This document shows, piece by piece, positions 39,863 to 54,955 of a stretch of DNA of 64,000 nt. The stretch is from the human T2T-CHM13v2.0 reference genome, Homo sapiens. Under the pieces are notes generated by a model. It made no database searches. It had not been told where the DNA came from and was given only the letters and a program-made list of their open reading frames with translations. The stretch's first letter is position 1. Each line of letters opens with the position of its first letter. The stretch is taken from NCBI RefSeq assembly GCF_009914755.1, contig NC_060931.1; one strand, given 5' to 3'. The position numbers were made by a program, and so were the translations under genes.

Positions 39863-40539
39863 TCTGATTATAGATTTCATGTTGAAATCAACTTTTAAGA
39901 ACCTAGCACTTGTTCAATTTTGGTATAGTATCAAAGAAGAATGCTTATAATTACCTGATAAATTATTGAAATTCAACTTCCTTTCCCAACTACATATTTT
40001 CATGAAGAGATGTTTTATTCACATACATTATCAAAACAGCATATCATAGAAAAATTCAGTGCAGTTATGAGTATACAGCCATCTTCTGTAAGCCACACAT
40101 TAAATTTGCAAAACTTTACAACCACACCACTATTCCACTATCCTTTTTCTTCAGAGATAGTGTTATTTATCAAAAAGTGTTACGTTTATTTTAATTGGTA
40201 AAGGAATTTTTATTATTTTTAATGAATGAGTTAATAAATTTCTGTACAAATATCTAATGTGGCAAATATCAATAAATATATCACACATAACCTTAAGCTC
40301 TTTGGGTTCTCAATAATTTCTAAGTGTCCAAAGAGTTACTGAGACTAATATGTTTAACATCTGCAGCTTTAAAACATCAGCTTGGATTTTGACTATCTGT
40401 GTTTATAACTTTTGATCTTCCTGAAGATGATTCATCAATGTCAAAGCACAAGTAAGAAGAAATTAGTAAAAGGTAAAGAGGCCTGAGGAATGCCTGTATT
40501 TAAAACCAGAAGGAAGAGAATGAGCTGGCAAATAATGAT

Positions 40540-40830
40540 TAGTAATACCTACCTTTTTAAAGTACTATACTAGGCTCTAGGTACACAGAAATGAGCAAAA
40601 CAAATGCAGCCCATGCCTTAACGTAGCCTATGGTCCAGTGGAAAAAGAAAGGGAAAACACCTTTTCATGGAAGACCAGAAAAAAGCAATTTCAAGGAGAG
40701 AGTAGTGAGTATCAGTTATTGCAGGTAATTCAGTTAGATGAGGACAGAAACATGGTCTCTGTGACATCAGGGAGTTTAGTGAAGGTGGGCTTGCTGAAAG
40801 CAGTGAGTTAAGAATGCACATGAATTCTCC
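40540..40830 (-). mobile_element. L2 fragment
   Basis: TACTATACTAGGCTCTAGG...AGAAATGAGCAAAACA...GTTAGATGAGGACAGAAA. Confidence 0.55.
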
Positions 40831-41229
40831 ACACCTGCCTTTTCAGCATTCAGGAATGGATCATCTCGCAATTCTTGTGTCAGATGAGAAGGGAAAGTTG
40901 TTCAGAGCCATTGGAGAAAGGAATGCTTCTTGATTACTTAGCCTCAGTATTATTTTTTGTTTCCCATACTCCTAAGATGCATATTAACCATGAATTAGCA
41001 GGACTTGTACTTTTACATTATCTAACCCAGCATTTGAATTATATCTGTTGACAGACATCAAAAATATCCCACTTAACTGTCCCTTATGTACCTCTCCTCC
41101 CTTTCTCTTGCTGTCCCTCTCTTTTCTCTATCTCTCACACACACTCACATTTGCACGCACACACATCCACGCACATAATCTTCCATACTCTACTGTTTCT
41201 GAAACCTTGGATATGTGTAGTAGTAGTAG

Positions 41230-41680
41230 GATTATCGCTTCATGCAACAGCATAAATCACTCGATGAGTTCTAATTCCTAAAACAAGTAGCTTCTGGATG
41301 AATCTGCATTTAACTCCATTAAATATATGCTCATGTATCCTAGATATGTCTTCTGAATAAATCAGAACATGAATATTTTCACCGTGACAAACCTTCAAAT
41401 ATTTGAAGATTGTCATTACTTGTTCCTTGAGTATTTGGTCCCCTATTGTAAATATCACCGTTTATTTCAAACAGTACTCAAATGACAAGATTTTCATTAC
41501 TATATCCATCCTGGTCACTCCCCTCAGGACATATTCTAGTGTACTAATATCTCCGTAAAGATTGCCCCAGAATGACACCTTGTGTTTTCAGGTGTGTTTA
41601 TAGTAGTATATGTACATTGGGATTCTTGTGCTTCTTGACACAGACACTTCATTGCTTTTAATAACCTAAGAAAACATCAT
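41230..41680 (-). mobile_element. L3/CR1 LINE 3' fragment
   Basis: Minus-strand ORF MTIFKYLKVCHGE...CRFIQK resembles the CR1 ORF2 C-terminus (IAVFKYLKGCH). CCATCCTGGTCACTCCCCTC is an L3 motif. Confidence 0.75.
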
Positions 41681-41797
41681 ATCAGTGTACTGTATTTGTC
41701 TAGCATTGTGTGGATAATGCTTAGTTTTGGGGAGGCATGTGGTAAAACAGGATACTTATTCATACTTTTTATGTGTTTGCATGTATGTGAATACACG

Positions 41798-41820
41798 CAC
41801 ACACACACACACACACACAC
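41798..41820. repeat. (CA)11 microsatellite
   Basis: Read directly from the sequence. Confidence 0.95.
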
Positions 41821-41920
41821 CCCTCATTTTCTGAACGTAACTTAAAAATAGCTTTTAAGAGAAATGAAAACATAGCTTTTTGCCAAGTGGCACTACTGCT
41901 GATAATTATGGGTATAATTT

Positions 41921-42031
41921 GTTTTGGGTTTTTTGTTTGTTTGTTTATTTGTTTTTTTGAGATGGAGTCTCACTCTGTCTCCCAGGCTGGACTGCACTGG
42001 CACGATCTCGGCTCACTGCAACCTCCACCTC
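41921..42031 (-). mobile_element. Severely 5'-truncated Alu (last ~73 nt plus tail)
   Basis: TSD TATGGGTATAATTT (41907-41920) vs TATGGATATAATTT (42032-42045). Confidence 0.95.
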
Positions 42032-42049
42032 TATGGATATAATTTTTAT

Positions 42050-42950
42050 CAAAGGGAAACTTCCCTGGGGTTGCCTTGCTTGGACACCCCTCTCTGTCCA
42101 CTAGAGAATTATTCCTCTCATCTGCAGTCTCTTCCTTTTCAGTGTGTCTCCTGCCTTACTTTCAGATCTATCATTCTAGGTCCAAATCGACTCACTTCAC
42201 TGCACCACTTCAAAACCCTTCACGGTTGCCCATCAATTGCAAGGCCAAATCTCAACTCCTCATCTGACTTCCATGGCCTTTTACACTCTGGCTCCTGCTG
42301 CTGTCTCCCTCCTTGCTTCAATCACACAGGATGTGTGGCTCTCCTACCTCTTGCTGTGACTTTTCAGACACACAGGAAGGAGATTTGGGGAGGTTGAAAA
42401 AGGTACAATAATCCATATCGTGTGGACGCTTTTTCAAATTGTACATGTCCTTCTCACTCTTCTCAGAGATTTCATATTTCCCAGCAGGGGTGAAGAACCC
42501 TGTTGAGCATGACTGCAGCCCCCAGGCACTGTTAATACTGAGAGGGTGCCACGTCCCCTAGCTGTATGAAAATAGATAAAAGATGGAACAGTGCTGCTCT
42601 ACTGTTTGCTGTATAAAATCCAAATCTTTCTTTAGAATTCTACTCAAATATTAAGGCTTCTCTGAAGCTCTCTCTGTCTCCTATTATCAGGAGTTATGTA
42701 GCACATTGTGTTTGGTTAAACTATTTCAGATGACTATGATCTGGCCATTTTGGCCCACAAGAAACTCACTGTAATATGCTTCAATCTACTGGTAGATCCA
42801 TACAGACACATCTCCCTGCATTTTAATCCTTTGTTTATAAGCCTGTCTTGAACTTAGACTGTTACCCCTTGGTGTAAAAAATACATCGCATCCCTGACAA
42901 CCAGCACTATTGCCTGGCATGTAGTAAATGCTCAGTAAGTATTGAATAAA
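42050..42950 (+). mobile_element. L2 fragments (with an unresolved insert at ~42365-42600)
   Basis: CTTCAAAACCCTTCACGGTTGCCCAT and 3' end TGCCTGGCATGTAGTAAATGCTCAGTAAGTATTGAAT. Confidence 0.65.
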
Positions 42951-44387
42951 ATGATATTTCCTATCAAAAGAAAAACCTAATATCCAATAATAGTCAAATA
43001 ATGATACTTTGTAGCCATGAAAAGTGTAAGTTGAGCATTAAAATCATGAACAACTTGCAGTAGTACTTATAGTCTAACAGCAAGTTTAAAATATGCAAGA
43101 ATGTTTATGCAAATAGACAAAACATGAAATAAAAGAAGTTTTAGGGTGAGTGATGATGGGATTATTTTTCTCATTTACAAGTATTTTTAACTTATTGTAC
43201 ATAGCAAGTATGTCTCATACTATTCACTCACTACCGAGGGAATAGCATGTCTTAAATCTTTGTACCTCCTTGCAATTAGCACAATACATGTGTGTTACAG
43301 ATGATCAATAATGATCTGTTGAATGAAAATTTTAAGTGCCCTAGTGTAATGTAAGGGAAATCATAGTCAGAAAATATTTTGTTAAGGGACCTCAATGAGC
43401 CGAATCCAAACTTGCTTTATTGAATTAAGAAGCACTGGTGAAAGAAGTAAAAATGGGTCCTATACCATTCACCGTCTTACTCCCAGACCTCACAACGTAT
43501 ATACTAAGCGTGGTTATGAGGCCAAACTTCCTAAGACAGTTTGAGTAAAACACAAGAGGCATCTATGGGAGGAAAAATTTCAAGTTCTTGTTGATTTTGC
43601 TTTTTGACTTTTTTGTCCCCTTTGTGGTGTGGGTAAAATTATCAAAAGGATAAAAGCAGAGGTGCCTATGCCTAGTGTACTTCCATTTCTTTGAGTGCTG
43701 GCAGTGTACAGTTTTCTTAGATACCTAGAGCAGCTTAAGAATCCACTCTTGACCCCTGCTTGTCAGCACTCTGTCTCCGCTCCAGAATGAACAGAGGCTA
43801 TGTTTCTAGAAAAGCCAACTTCTTCTTTGTTGATATTTTCTTTCTCATGTCTTCTTCCTCCCTCTATACTAATTTTCTCTGCTGTGAAGCTCGCATGAAT
43901 TAAATTGCAGTGAAACGTAGTGGCAACTGCAGTGAAAGAAGAAATGGTTAAATCAAGAACTTCTATTCTGGTTGGAGTTTATTACTTCCTTGTCTTTGGA
44001 CAGTGGCCTCTTGTGGGGACACAACTGAGAGAGCTCGTCATAGCTCATGGGTCCCAATGTGGTGCTTTGACCTAATTAGTTTATTTTCACTGCTGTGTAA
44101 AAAGATCCTAGAGGAAAAAAAAAATAGACTTTTCCAGGTGTGAGCTATTACCCTAAAATAGCATTTCCCACCTGCACTAGTCTGTGATCATTGTCCATTA
44201 GTAGATGTCAGAGGACACATTGTCTTCTATCCAAGACTCATAGGATTGGAAGACTTGAAGAAAAAAAAAAGAATAATGGTATATTTTCATGGTAGAAAAC
44301 TATTCCTATGTAATCTGTAGGAGGAAAATATAAAAAACCTATCTTGCACATTTTAAAACTAGCATATAGAATAACAAACAATAAATT

Positions 44388-44720
<333 letters not shown>

Positions 44721-46448
44721 ATAAGCAATAAATTTTAGACAAGCTACCTCCATTCTTTCCAGTTTACATTATGTTTTAGAAAGCCATTTTTTTTTAACAT
44801 TTAAAAGTAACCAGGTACAGAATAAGAAAATCATCTCATTTTCTAAGGGAAACAGTATAAAGCAAACTGTAATGATGATTAAAACAAACGAATAACCCTA
44901 TTACAAAATTAATTGTGCATTTATACAATTCAGAATCAATCAAGACTTAGATTTTACATTAACAGTAAGAAAAAAAATCAAAAGAGATCTGAACCACCGA
45001 ACAGAACCATAATATCTTCTGGCATGTCTAACCAGTGGATATATATATATATATAGCCAGTCTCAATGAAGCTCATCTTCTCTGCCTTTTCTCACTCTCC
45101 CATTCCAATGGAGTATGTTTGTTTGTTTGAGTGTTTGGGCAATTGATGTGTTTTTCCAGTTCCCCTAGTAGAGCTTATTGCACTGTTAAGCCACTATGCA
45201 GTATATTAAGGAGAATTAGATCCCAGAATTTAGAATTTGCAGCCATGTGGTACCTTTTCTAATCAGATGAAAATGTCAAGAAATTGGTCTAAGAGTAGAG
45301 TATGAGAGCCGAAATGCTGAATATTCTCAATTTCAATATAAATAAAGATTTGAGAATTATAGTGTTTGAAACTAAAGATACAAATAGTAACAAAAGGGAA
45401 GATTTTAAAGCTTTATTTTTGCATTTGAGGTTTATAAGCTATTATTGCTACTGTATATTTTAAAAATATATTCTTTCCAATAAAAATATTGGCCATCATT
45501 CTTGTTGCCAAGAATAAGAAGAATATTTAAAAAGTGAAGTATGACATGGAGTAAACAAATATTTTCGTAATGGACTTTAATATGTACTCATCATTAAGAA
45601 ATTAAAGATAATCCGTAAATAAAACAATGACAATATAATAGTTTAGAGAGTTAAGATTTAGGAAGTAGTAGATAAAATAATTATCTGTGTTATGCAAATA
45701 TAATCCTTAGAATGCAATATTTGATTAATAGGAGTTGTCCTATATGTCATTCATAAACTTGTAGCAGAGAGAAACCTCTGCATAAGCTCAGGTGTTCAAG
45801 TATGCAAGAAACACAGTTTTCTGTATTTTGCTCTTGCTAAACTTAATTTGTATTCTGGGCCCTGGTTTCATCAAGTGGCAGAAACTCAATCTCAGTCAGC
45901 CCTAACTGACTATCCTCCAGGACTCTGTCTACAAAATGCCAGGTGGGGGGCCATCTGGCCCTCAGTGTCATCAGCCACCCCTGCTGGCACCCACTGAGAC
46001 TTCCTGCTCTGTGGTCACTGGTCCTTGTAGGTTGCCACTGCAGCCTCCTTGTCCTCATTCCAAGGACACATTAGGCCTTCTGGCTCTATGAGTATTTTTC
46101 ACTGGAGAAATTTTGCTTCTGCTGTACTGCTTCAGGCTAAAGGCAACTCTGTCAGCTGTCTCAGCCCACATGCCCAGTCAAACTTTGCTCTTTGAGAGCC
46201 CCAATTCATCAAAGGTTTTAGTCATTCTCTTTCAGTATGGAGACTTGATCTATGGATATCAGTAAAGCACTCTCTTTCTCAGTGATGTCACAAATGTCTA
46301 GACATTTCATTTTTGCTGCTCATTTTCTTCCTCTTCTCAGCCTATCGAACTTTGCCCTGGAGAGAAAGCAAATATGGGAAAAACAACTTCTTTACTAACT
46401 ATGAATTCTTCCAAGTAATTTTGCATTTTTGAACTCAAAATCTAATAG

Positions 46449-46815
<367 letters not shown>

Positions 46816-48671
46816 CCAATATAGAACATTCTAACTGCTGTCTGAATTAGGGGAAGGCCATAAGCTAAAAAAAAAGATACTAAGTGCAGAATTAGCATTG
46901 ATAATATAATGATAAACCAACCCCCTAGAGATAAATGTTTAGGTAGTCAGATAAAATTAATTAAACCTATGCTAATGTATTTATACATATGATACTGAAC
47001 AGTATAGTGATGTTTCACTTATTTCCATACTGGATACTGACTGATATAGAATATATGTTTCTAGATTTGAAACTTGTTCTTGTAGTAACCATTTGAAAAA
47101 ACTGAAAACATCAGCATCACAACAGAATGAAGCTCTGTGTAATCAAATTCTGAAAGCCTAAAGAAATGTGATCTGCCTTTATCCAATAATAAATTTTGAA
47201 GTGCCTCTGAGAATTAATGCCTCTTGGATGATGCTCCCTAAAAACCACTTCTCTGACCTGAAGAATTAGATGTTGGAGAGCAGAGATTCTGGGTTGCAGT
47301 ACATGATGAAGGTCTGGAAAGTTTGGCTTTTATTTTGGTCATTGAAGTTAAGGCACATGCTTTGGAAACCAGATGAGTGGCTGTCATTTTTGGCAAATGA
47401 TTATGAAACTGAAGAGACTTTAGAGAGGACCAGCCCATATCACAACAAAGGTGTTCATAGGCAGCCTTGTCATTTTTCTCCAAGAAACAATTTTAGATAT
47501 TTGGCAGCGCATGATCAAGTGCTTAATTTAGTACCCAGAATCTCACAACATAGATAGTATTAGTAATTGAGAAAAATTTAATCCAGGTATTATCAGGAGT
47601 TGGCCATGGGGATGTAACAGTTTTCACAATCCTCTCTTGTAACATCCTGTACTTGCTGGTATGACTCTTGGTATAGCCTCCTGATAATAATGTGTTCACT
47701 GCATTCAGCCTTAAATGGAATCATTTTATATAGGCCAATTTGAGTAATATTTTCCAAAGATAAAGGCAATAATTATGTGTAGAATGGTTACACTAGAGAA
47801 ATAACTAATAGTAAATAGATTGATAGATATATGGGATGGATAGATAGATGGATATATGGGTGTAAATATCACCTTCAGAAAATAATTTGATAGGCACTAA
47901 TACTAGTGGGTCTTTTTTGTGGCTGCTTCATGGTCATAGTAATAAAACCATATGATGTACATTACAAGAATTCCTGCATATTAATTAAATCTAAAATGAC
48001 TTGTCATCATAATGTCACACATGAAAAAATATATTATGGGAAGGGGAAAGTAGTGATCTGCCAGGATATCTTTCTTTGATTCCTGTGGCATTAATAATCA
48101 GATTTTATTGTGCTCATTCAACCTGACCCAGCTTGTTTCTTTTCATTTTCAATTCGTGTATATAGTTATTTAAGTTATAAATCATGTTATATTATTTTAA
48201 GCAAATTTTCCCATAACATTCATGAATTACTTAATTCACAAATATTTATTAACTTTCTTATTCATGTCAGAATCCTGTTCTAGGCACTTAAATCTTGTTC
48301 AGCATGGCTGAATCTTAGTTTAAGAAGGTCAATAGTGGAATAGCTATACTGATGATTCTTTGCTCTTTATATGAAATATTTGGACGAGAAGACTAAGCCT
48401 GTGCTTTATTAAGAAAGTAGTCATATTTTGAAAGAGACTGAGCTTTGCATTGCCTTTCAGAAGAAATTATGGTTCTTTAAATTTATATTATATGTTCCCT
48501 GTAAGAAATTAATTAAATTAGAATTTTTTTAGGCTCTAGAGCCTACCAATTAAACTAGGATTTAAATTGGTTTTCACTCAGAATATCTTCACCTAGTGTT
48601 CTCTTTGTTCTGAAATATTTAATCGAAATAGTGATGTTAGGAGAAATAATTGAGATCCAAACACAGAAGCA

Positions 48672-50068
48672 CTTTTTCTTTTATTTTTATTTGAAATGAA
48701 ATAATTGCACATATTTATGGAATGCAGAGTGATATTTCAACACATATATATGGTATGTAATGATCAAATATGGGTAATTAGCATACCCATCACCTCAAAC
48801 TTATTATTTCTTTGTATTGGGCACATTCAAAATCTTCTCTTCCAGTTATTTGAAAATATACAATAAATTATTGTGGACTGTACTTACCCTACAGTGCTGT
48901 AGAACACTGGAACTTATTTCTTACATCTAGCTGTAATTTTGTACCTGCTAACCAAACTCTCCATATCCTCTCCTCTCCCATATCCTTCAGGGTCTAATAG
49001 CCACAATTCTACTCTCTACTTCTATATGCTCATCTTCTTATCTCCCACATATGAATGAGAATATGAGGTATTGTTTAGCTTTATGTGCATGACTTCTGCA
49101 TAATATACTGTCTTGCAGGCTCATCCCTGTTGCTGTGAATGACACAATTCCATTATTTTTATGTCTAAATAGTGTTCCATTTTGTATATCTACACTTTAT
49201 CCCTTCATCTGTTGATGGACATGTTGGTTGTTTCCATATTTTGGCTATTGTGAATAGTGCTGCAATGAACATGACAGTGCAGATATCAGAAATTATACTG
49301 ATTTCATTTCCTTTGGATAAATATCCAGGAGCACGATTGCTGGATCATATGGCAGTTCTATTTTTAATTTTTTGAGAAACCTCCATATTGTTGTCCTTAA
49401 TGCCTTACTAATCTACATTCCTACCAACAGTATATGAGTTCCTATTTCTCCACGCTCTCACCAGCATTTATTATTTGTTTTCTCTTTATGATAATAACCA
49501 TTCTAACTGGAGTGAGATGATATTTCATTGTGGTCTTGACTTGCGTTTCTCTGAATATTAGGATTTTTAAAATATATCTGTTGGCCATTTGTATATCTTC
49601 TTTGGATAAAAGTTTATTCATATATTTTGCTTTTTAAAAATCAGATTATTTAGGGTTTTGCTATTGAGTTTTTTGAGTTCCTTATGTATTCTGGAAATTA
49701 ACCCTTTGTCAGATGCATAGGTTGCAAATATTTTCTTCTATACTGTAGGTTGTCTCTGTACTCTGTTGATTGTTCTATTTGCTGTGCAGAATCTTTTTAG
49801 TTTGGTGTAATCCCATTTGTCTATGTTGGCTTTTTTAGTCTGTGCTTTTGAGGTCTTATCCAAAGAATCTTTTTCCAGACCAAGGTCATGAAGCATTTTC
49901 TCTGTATTTTCTTCTGTTAGTTTCATAGTTTAGGACCTTACTTTTAAGTCTTTAATCCATTTTGAGTTGATTTTTATGTATGGTGAGAGACAGGTTCTAG
50001 TTTCATTTATCTGTATGTGGATATCCAGTTTTCCAAGCACCATGTATTGAAGAGTGTCCCTTCCCCAA
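48672..50068 (-). mobile_element. L1MA-type LINE-1 3' fragment (L1MA5/6-like)
   Basis: Antisense 3'UTR (GTAATGATCAAAT...TAGCATACCCATCACCTCAAAC) and ORF2 remnant (KTSKAQTKKANIDKWDYTKLKRFCTA). Confidence 0.92.
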
Positions 50069-50484
50069 CTGGTAAGCTTTCATATATCCCTAGTTTACAT
50101 CTTTCCATAATGTCTCTTCTCTGAAGATATCTCCTATTATTTTATTCTTGCAAAATAATCTCTGTAATATCACAATCTATTTTTCAATAAGCCAGTTTTC
50201 AGAAATACTCAAAATTTGAGACTATCAATTATCTCTGTCTATAGTAATTCTTCAGTTGGTTGAACAGTAGTTAGGAACCTTCTTGCTGTTGATTCATCTT
50301 CTAATACCCACACAGATGTGGGTACATGAAAATAGAACAATGCAAGAACACCTCACATTACCATCACAACTGATAATTTCATGGAAAAAAAAAATAAACC
50401 ATTTCCTTAGCTTTGGAAAAGATGACTAGTTAATGAGGTACTGGATAATTTTATATAAATGTTTAAATTGAGCACTGTTCTGTA

Positions 50485-50690
50485 GAATCAAAGAGACCTG
50501 CATTTGCATCCTGAATTTTTCTTTTCTAGATGTATTAAATTGTGCAAGTTATTTAACTTTTCTGTTACATAGTTTGCTCATCTATGCTAGTAAAACAAGC
50601 CTATAGGTTATTGTGAAAATTGAATTAGTATGAAATTTTTTAGAGACATGTATATGGCACATAGTAGGGCATGTATATGTATATTCCCTT
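50485..50690 (+). mobile_element. MIR SINE
   Basis: GCAAGTTATTTAACTTTTCTG...AGTTTGCTCATCTAT...TGGCACATAGTAGG. Confidence 0.7.
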
Positions 50691-52665
50691 TATTTGTGGC
50701 AGCAACAAATGGATACAATCTTACTCATTTAATTCTTCTGGAAATAGCTCTTTGATTTTGAGGCTCATTTTTCAAAGTCAGGATTATTTTTAATGCTGAG
50801 AATGAATGGCAGAGTGGGCTTTGTTTGCATTTTTATTATGTAAAGATTAATATAAGCTTTATAATAGTTGTAAAATAATAAATGCCTTGTAAAAATAAAT
50901 GTGTATGTAACAGACAACTCAGAGAAAATGGGACATAGAAAACTCTCTTTTATGTAACATGCAGTTAACCTGTAGAAGATTTTCCTGTATCTAGTTAGAC
51001 AACTAACTAATTGCTGAGTGAGTTAAACAATTGGACAGATACGGAATTAACATTAATAGGGAAATATGACTGTGCTTTAGGGAATATGCTTATCGGAGAT
51101 AAAGAATGTGCTTAAAATTTATGGTTATGCCACACTCTGCCCATGGCTGTAAATTTCTTTCTAGCACCTTGGCTATTGTTGTGGGTCTGTGTGAACTACT
51201 ACCAAGTTGGCAGCCAGCTAATATCCAAGAAAGTTTTCTCTGGTCTCCACCCATTATCTTTTCTTTTTGGTTAACTGACATCCAGGGAGGCTCACTTGAC
51301 CTGAGAACAAGAAACAGTTTTTAGTAAAAAGTACCAGACACAGGCATATACTTGTTTCCTACTGAAACAGAAACTATATTATTACAACTCTTGCAGAGTC
51401 TACAGAGGAAATTCAGAAGTTCCTGAATCAGGGGACTGACTACCAAATTTTCAACTCACAAATAGAATCCCCCACGAACTGCCCTACCTGGAGTTATCCA
51501 TTAACAATTAAAGAACTGAAGAAAAGCTTTATGGTCTGGAATCTCAAGGCTGCTGTCCATGAGTCTAATCCAGCCAGAACATATGCTTTGTGTGTCCAGC
51601 ATGATAATTTTTGTTAAGAACATTGGTTGTGAATGCCTTTAAATGAGGCATGCTCTGCCTAGTTTTACGGCAGTCTTCACTGAAACAGATTATCTTAAGT
51701 TTGTGAATTTGAGATTGCAACTCCTGATATAAAATAACTTTTCTTTAATTGAGGAAGAAAACTAGAAGTAGAGACTTTACAGAATTCTATAAAATACAAA
51801 ATGGCATGCAAAAGTAAGTGGTGACCTAAAAGTCAACAGACTGAAAAAAAAAGGAAAATAACAAATTATATTTGAAGCAATATATAAATAAAGTATTGAA
51901 CATCATGATTTATGTAGTTAGAAATTATTTGCTGGGTGCATTTAACATAACACATAAAATGATATTTACAGACACCCATCTAAGAAGTCACACAAAAACA
52001 TTTTCCAGAACATAAAATGGTTTTGTGATTAGGTCCAACAGCATGTGAAATGTAAGCCATCAAAGCCCTTTGTACAAAGGTGGCCAGTGTGGTTGGCATG
52101 GTGTGGCCATCATTTCCAGCCCTTGCTTTAAAGCAAACAGGAAGGAACAATTAGTTTCAAGCTATTTGGACTTTAAACTATTAATAAAAGTAAATTAAAT
52201 TTAAAGAAGAAATTTAAGATCTACATATGTTCTCATAATCACTAATGGCTACTTCACTTTACTTCGTTCTAGGAGATAGAGTGCAAGAGTTTGCATGCAG
52301 GTATGTGCTTGAATTTGTCTGTGTATGTTTGTCTTACTCATTCCATCACTTTCAAGTGTTTCTGGGCTGGTGCCTTCTAGTCATGAACAACCTAAGAAAT
52401 GGAGTGGTGTCGACTTTGATAGAGAACCTGGGGTGTGTTCTCCACTAATCAGGATGAGCTGTGCTACTCAACTTGCATTTGTGGCACTTGCTTTCCCACT
52501 CTGTCCCTCAAGGCAAAGTTACTGTGACAGAATAAAGAGTGAGATAGAAGAATAAATTCTGGCTTTGAAATATTAGATATGGTTTCCTCCCCTTTTCTGG
52601 TTTCAAACCCTCAGAAAAATTTGAAGGTTTCACTGGATAACAATCTCCAAGAAATAACAATAATA

Positions 52666-52701
<36 letters not shown>
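52666..52701. repeat. (AAT)12 microsatellite
   Basis: Read directly; it produces the poly-N run in ORF 52579-52776. Confidence 0.95.
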
Positions 52702-52704
<3 letters not shown>

Positions 52705-53078
52705 GTAATTGCTTTACGAGGGATAAAAATATGGGTAAGACATTGGAGTCTCAGCCTCTTTCCATGGAGACATTGACATTATCATAATTTCCTTACTATT
52801 TATTCTCGTGGTTTATAAATCTCTCCTCAGTGATCTCCTCATTGCAGGTTTTCCCCCAACCCAATCATCTTATGAATGAATGCCAAATTCATCTTCTTGA
52901 ATCATATGATTCCTTATTTACAACACTTTCAAAGTCTGATCATGCCATTCCTCAATTCCAATACTTTCAAAGACTTCTCATTTCCTACAGTTAAGACTCA
53001 TTTTTTTTTTCTGCATGGCATTTGATGTCCAATACCTAAGCTCACTTCTCTCTTCTTTCTTTAGTAAGCCATTCTCTC

Positions 53079-53281
53079 CAGGTTTTCTCAACTGGAGTGC
53101 TTTTGGCTTTTCTAGGGGGACAACATTTTGCTGTGTGTCACTAATTACAGAATTATTAGCCTTCTTGGCTTCAGTGCAGTTAATGCCAACAACACTTCTC
53201 AGTCATTGTGACAACCAAAAATGCTCCCATCAACTTCTGAAACCCCAAGGTGGTGTGCTTTACTCCCCTTCAAGATCTGCT
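53079..53281. mobile_element. MER20/Charlie-type hAT MITE inserted in an L2 fragment (~52820-53420)
   Basis: CAGGTTTTCTCAAC terminus and the CAGTCATTGTGACAACCAAAAATG signature. Confidence 0.75.
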
Positions 53282-54714
53282 CTTGAACTTTGTTTGCCTT
53301 CCTGCCTTCATTCCTTGCTCCTGCTGTTTCCTTAGCATGAAATGTCACTCCCTCACATCTTCATACCCTTATCCATGATGCATTAATGAAGTTAACCTTG
53401 ATCCCTAGTTCAAAGAGATTTCTTCTTCCTGAATGGCAAAGGTGATTCCTATTCACTGAGCGCTTACCACATATCAGGCATTCTTGTCAGGTGCTTTCTA
53501 TTGCATAATTTCCACTTAAAATTGTGCTTCCTTGCTCATAGTGAGTTGTGCTGAAATTTGCTCACTTTGGAAGGACAACACCTCCCTCCCTCTACCATCT
53601 TCCTCCCACCAGAGGGAAAGTTAGAGGTGAAATATAGGATCTTTAGTATTGTTAGTACTTAGCTTTCAGCTGTTTCTGAGGTACAAAGCACCCTTTACTA
53701 ATTTTCATAAAGTCAGTATATGGACTTAGCTACCAGCTAGATTTGTCTTTTTCTTTCCTCATCTTCTATACCAGATCAGTGTGCCCTTACATCAACATCT
53801 ATATCTGATCTATCTTCTTATTTCCTAAGAACCCCAGCAGAGTACACTGGGCTCTCAAATAGGCCTCAAAAATATTTGCTGTAAAACCCTGGATACTCAA
53901 ATAATGACCAATGTATTCCAATTTTAAGTGCTTATTTTAAAGAGTAAAGATGTGGAATTTCAAAATCTTGGCTTTTGGGACAAAGGATGGCTGAGAACAG
54001 CTTAAAACCTTAAAACTAAAGATATTTAATGGCATTAATTTCAACTTTTTAAGCAAATATATAATAATGCTATACACTAAAACTAACATGAAATGCCAGG
54101 AAAAGTTTAATACTTTGAGGATGTTAAGGTGTAATGATTCAGAGAACATAAAGAAGGATGATTGCACAATTCCCATTAACATCAATGAAATTCATATGGT
54201 AAAATTAACACTTACCTCAGTGGAAGCACGACCTCAACTGTCATTGGGCATGTTACTTTTCATGGTGTGTGCTTTTCTCCTTTAATTTCAGGCAATTTAA
54301 TTTTCTGCCCACTTCACAAAGAAATGTCAGGCTGAAAGACTAGAGCATTGATGTTGAACATCTTTCTTCACACATGGTACTTACAGTAAAATTGATTTTG
54401 TTATCCTCGATATCACTAAATAAAGGCAAGAAATGCAATATTCTTTCATATAAACTCACCTTTGAAAATAGGAATTTGAAGACAAATGACAGTCATATTC
54501 ATAAAACATCTTAATAGAAATGTGAAATTTTAAAAGTAAATTTTAAGAAAAGTAACAAGTAAATTATAATAAAAAGTAAACAAATAAGAAAAGCCATTGT
54601 TGAAAAACAGTAATATTTTTGTGTTCCTCTAAAATTTCAGGATGGACTACATAGAAATTCAAAAGTAATGAATACATGGATTCTGTGTTTCTATTAATTT
54701 TCATAAGTCAAATA

Positions 54715-54955
54715 GAGAATAATGGTTAGGAGGACAGTCTCTGAATCTAGACTGTTCACAGATTGGGTCTACCAGTTACCACGTCTGTCATCTTAAGCGA
54801 GTTACATCATGTTGCTGGACCTGTTTCCTTATTGAGTAATTGTAAATACTGGAATTACTCCTTCATAAGATTGTTATGAAACTGAAATAAATTAATTTAA
54901 AACACTTTTAAGACTGCTTAGCACATAGTGAATGGAAAATAAATGTTCATTATGT
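54715..54955 (+). mobile_element. MIR SINE
   Basis: ATGGTTAGGAG...CTGTTTCCTTATT...CTTCATAAGATTGTTATGA...GCTTAGCACATAGTG. Confidence 0.75.

Larger units (their letters stand above)
38402..40364 (+). mobile_element. Charlie1a-like hAT DNA transposon, near full length, with nested MLT1 and Alu
   Basis: Colinear with the Charlie1a consensus from GTGTGGT...GGGGGTCCCT...TTTCAGGG, through degraded transposase (ACTGATGGTGCAAAA, TTTGGTATAGTATCAAAGAAGAAT, TTCCCAACTACATAT), to AAGCTCTTTGGGTTCTCAATAAT. Confidence 0.9.
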
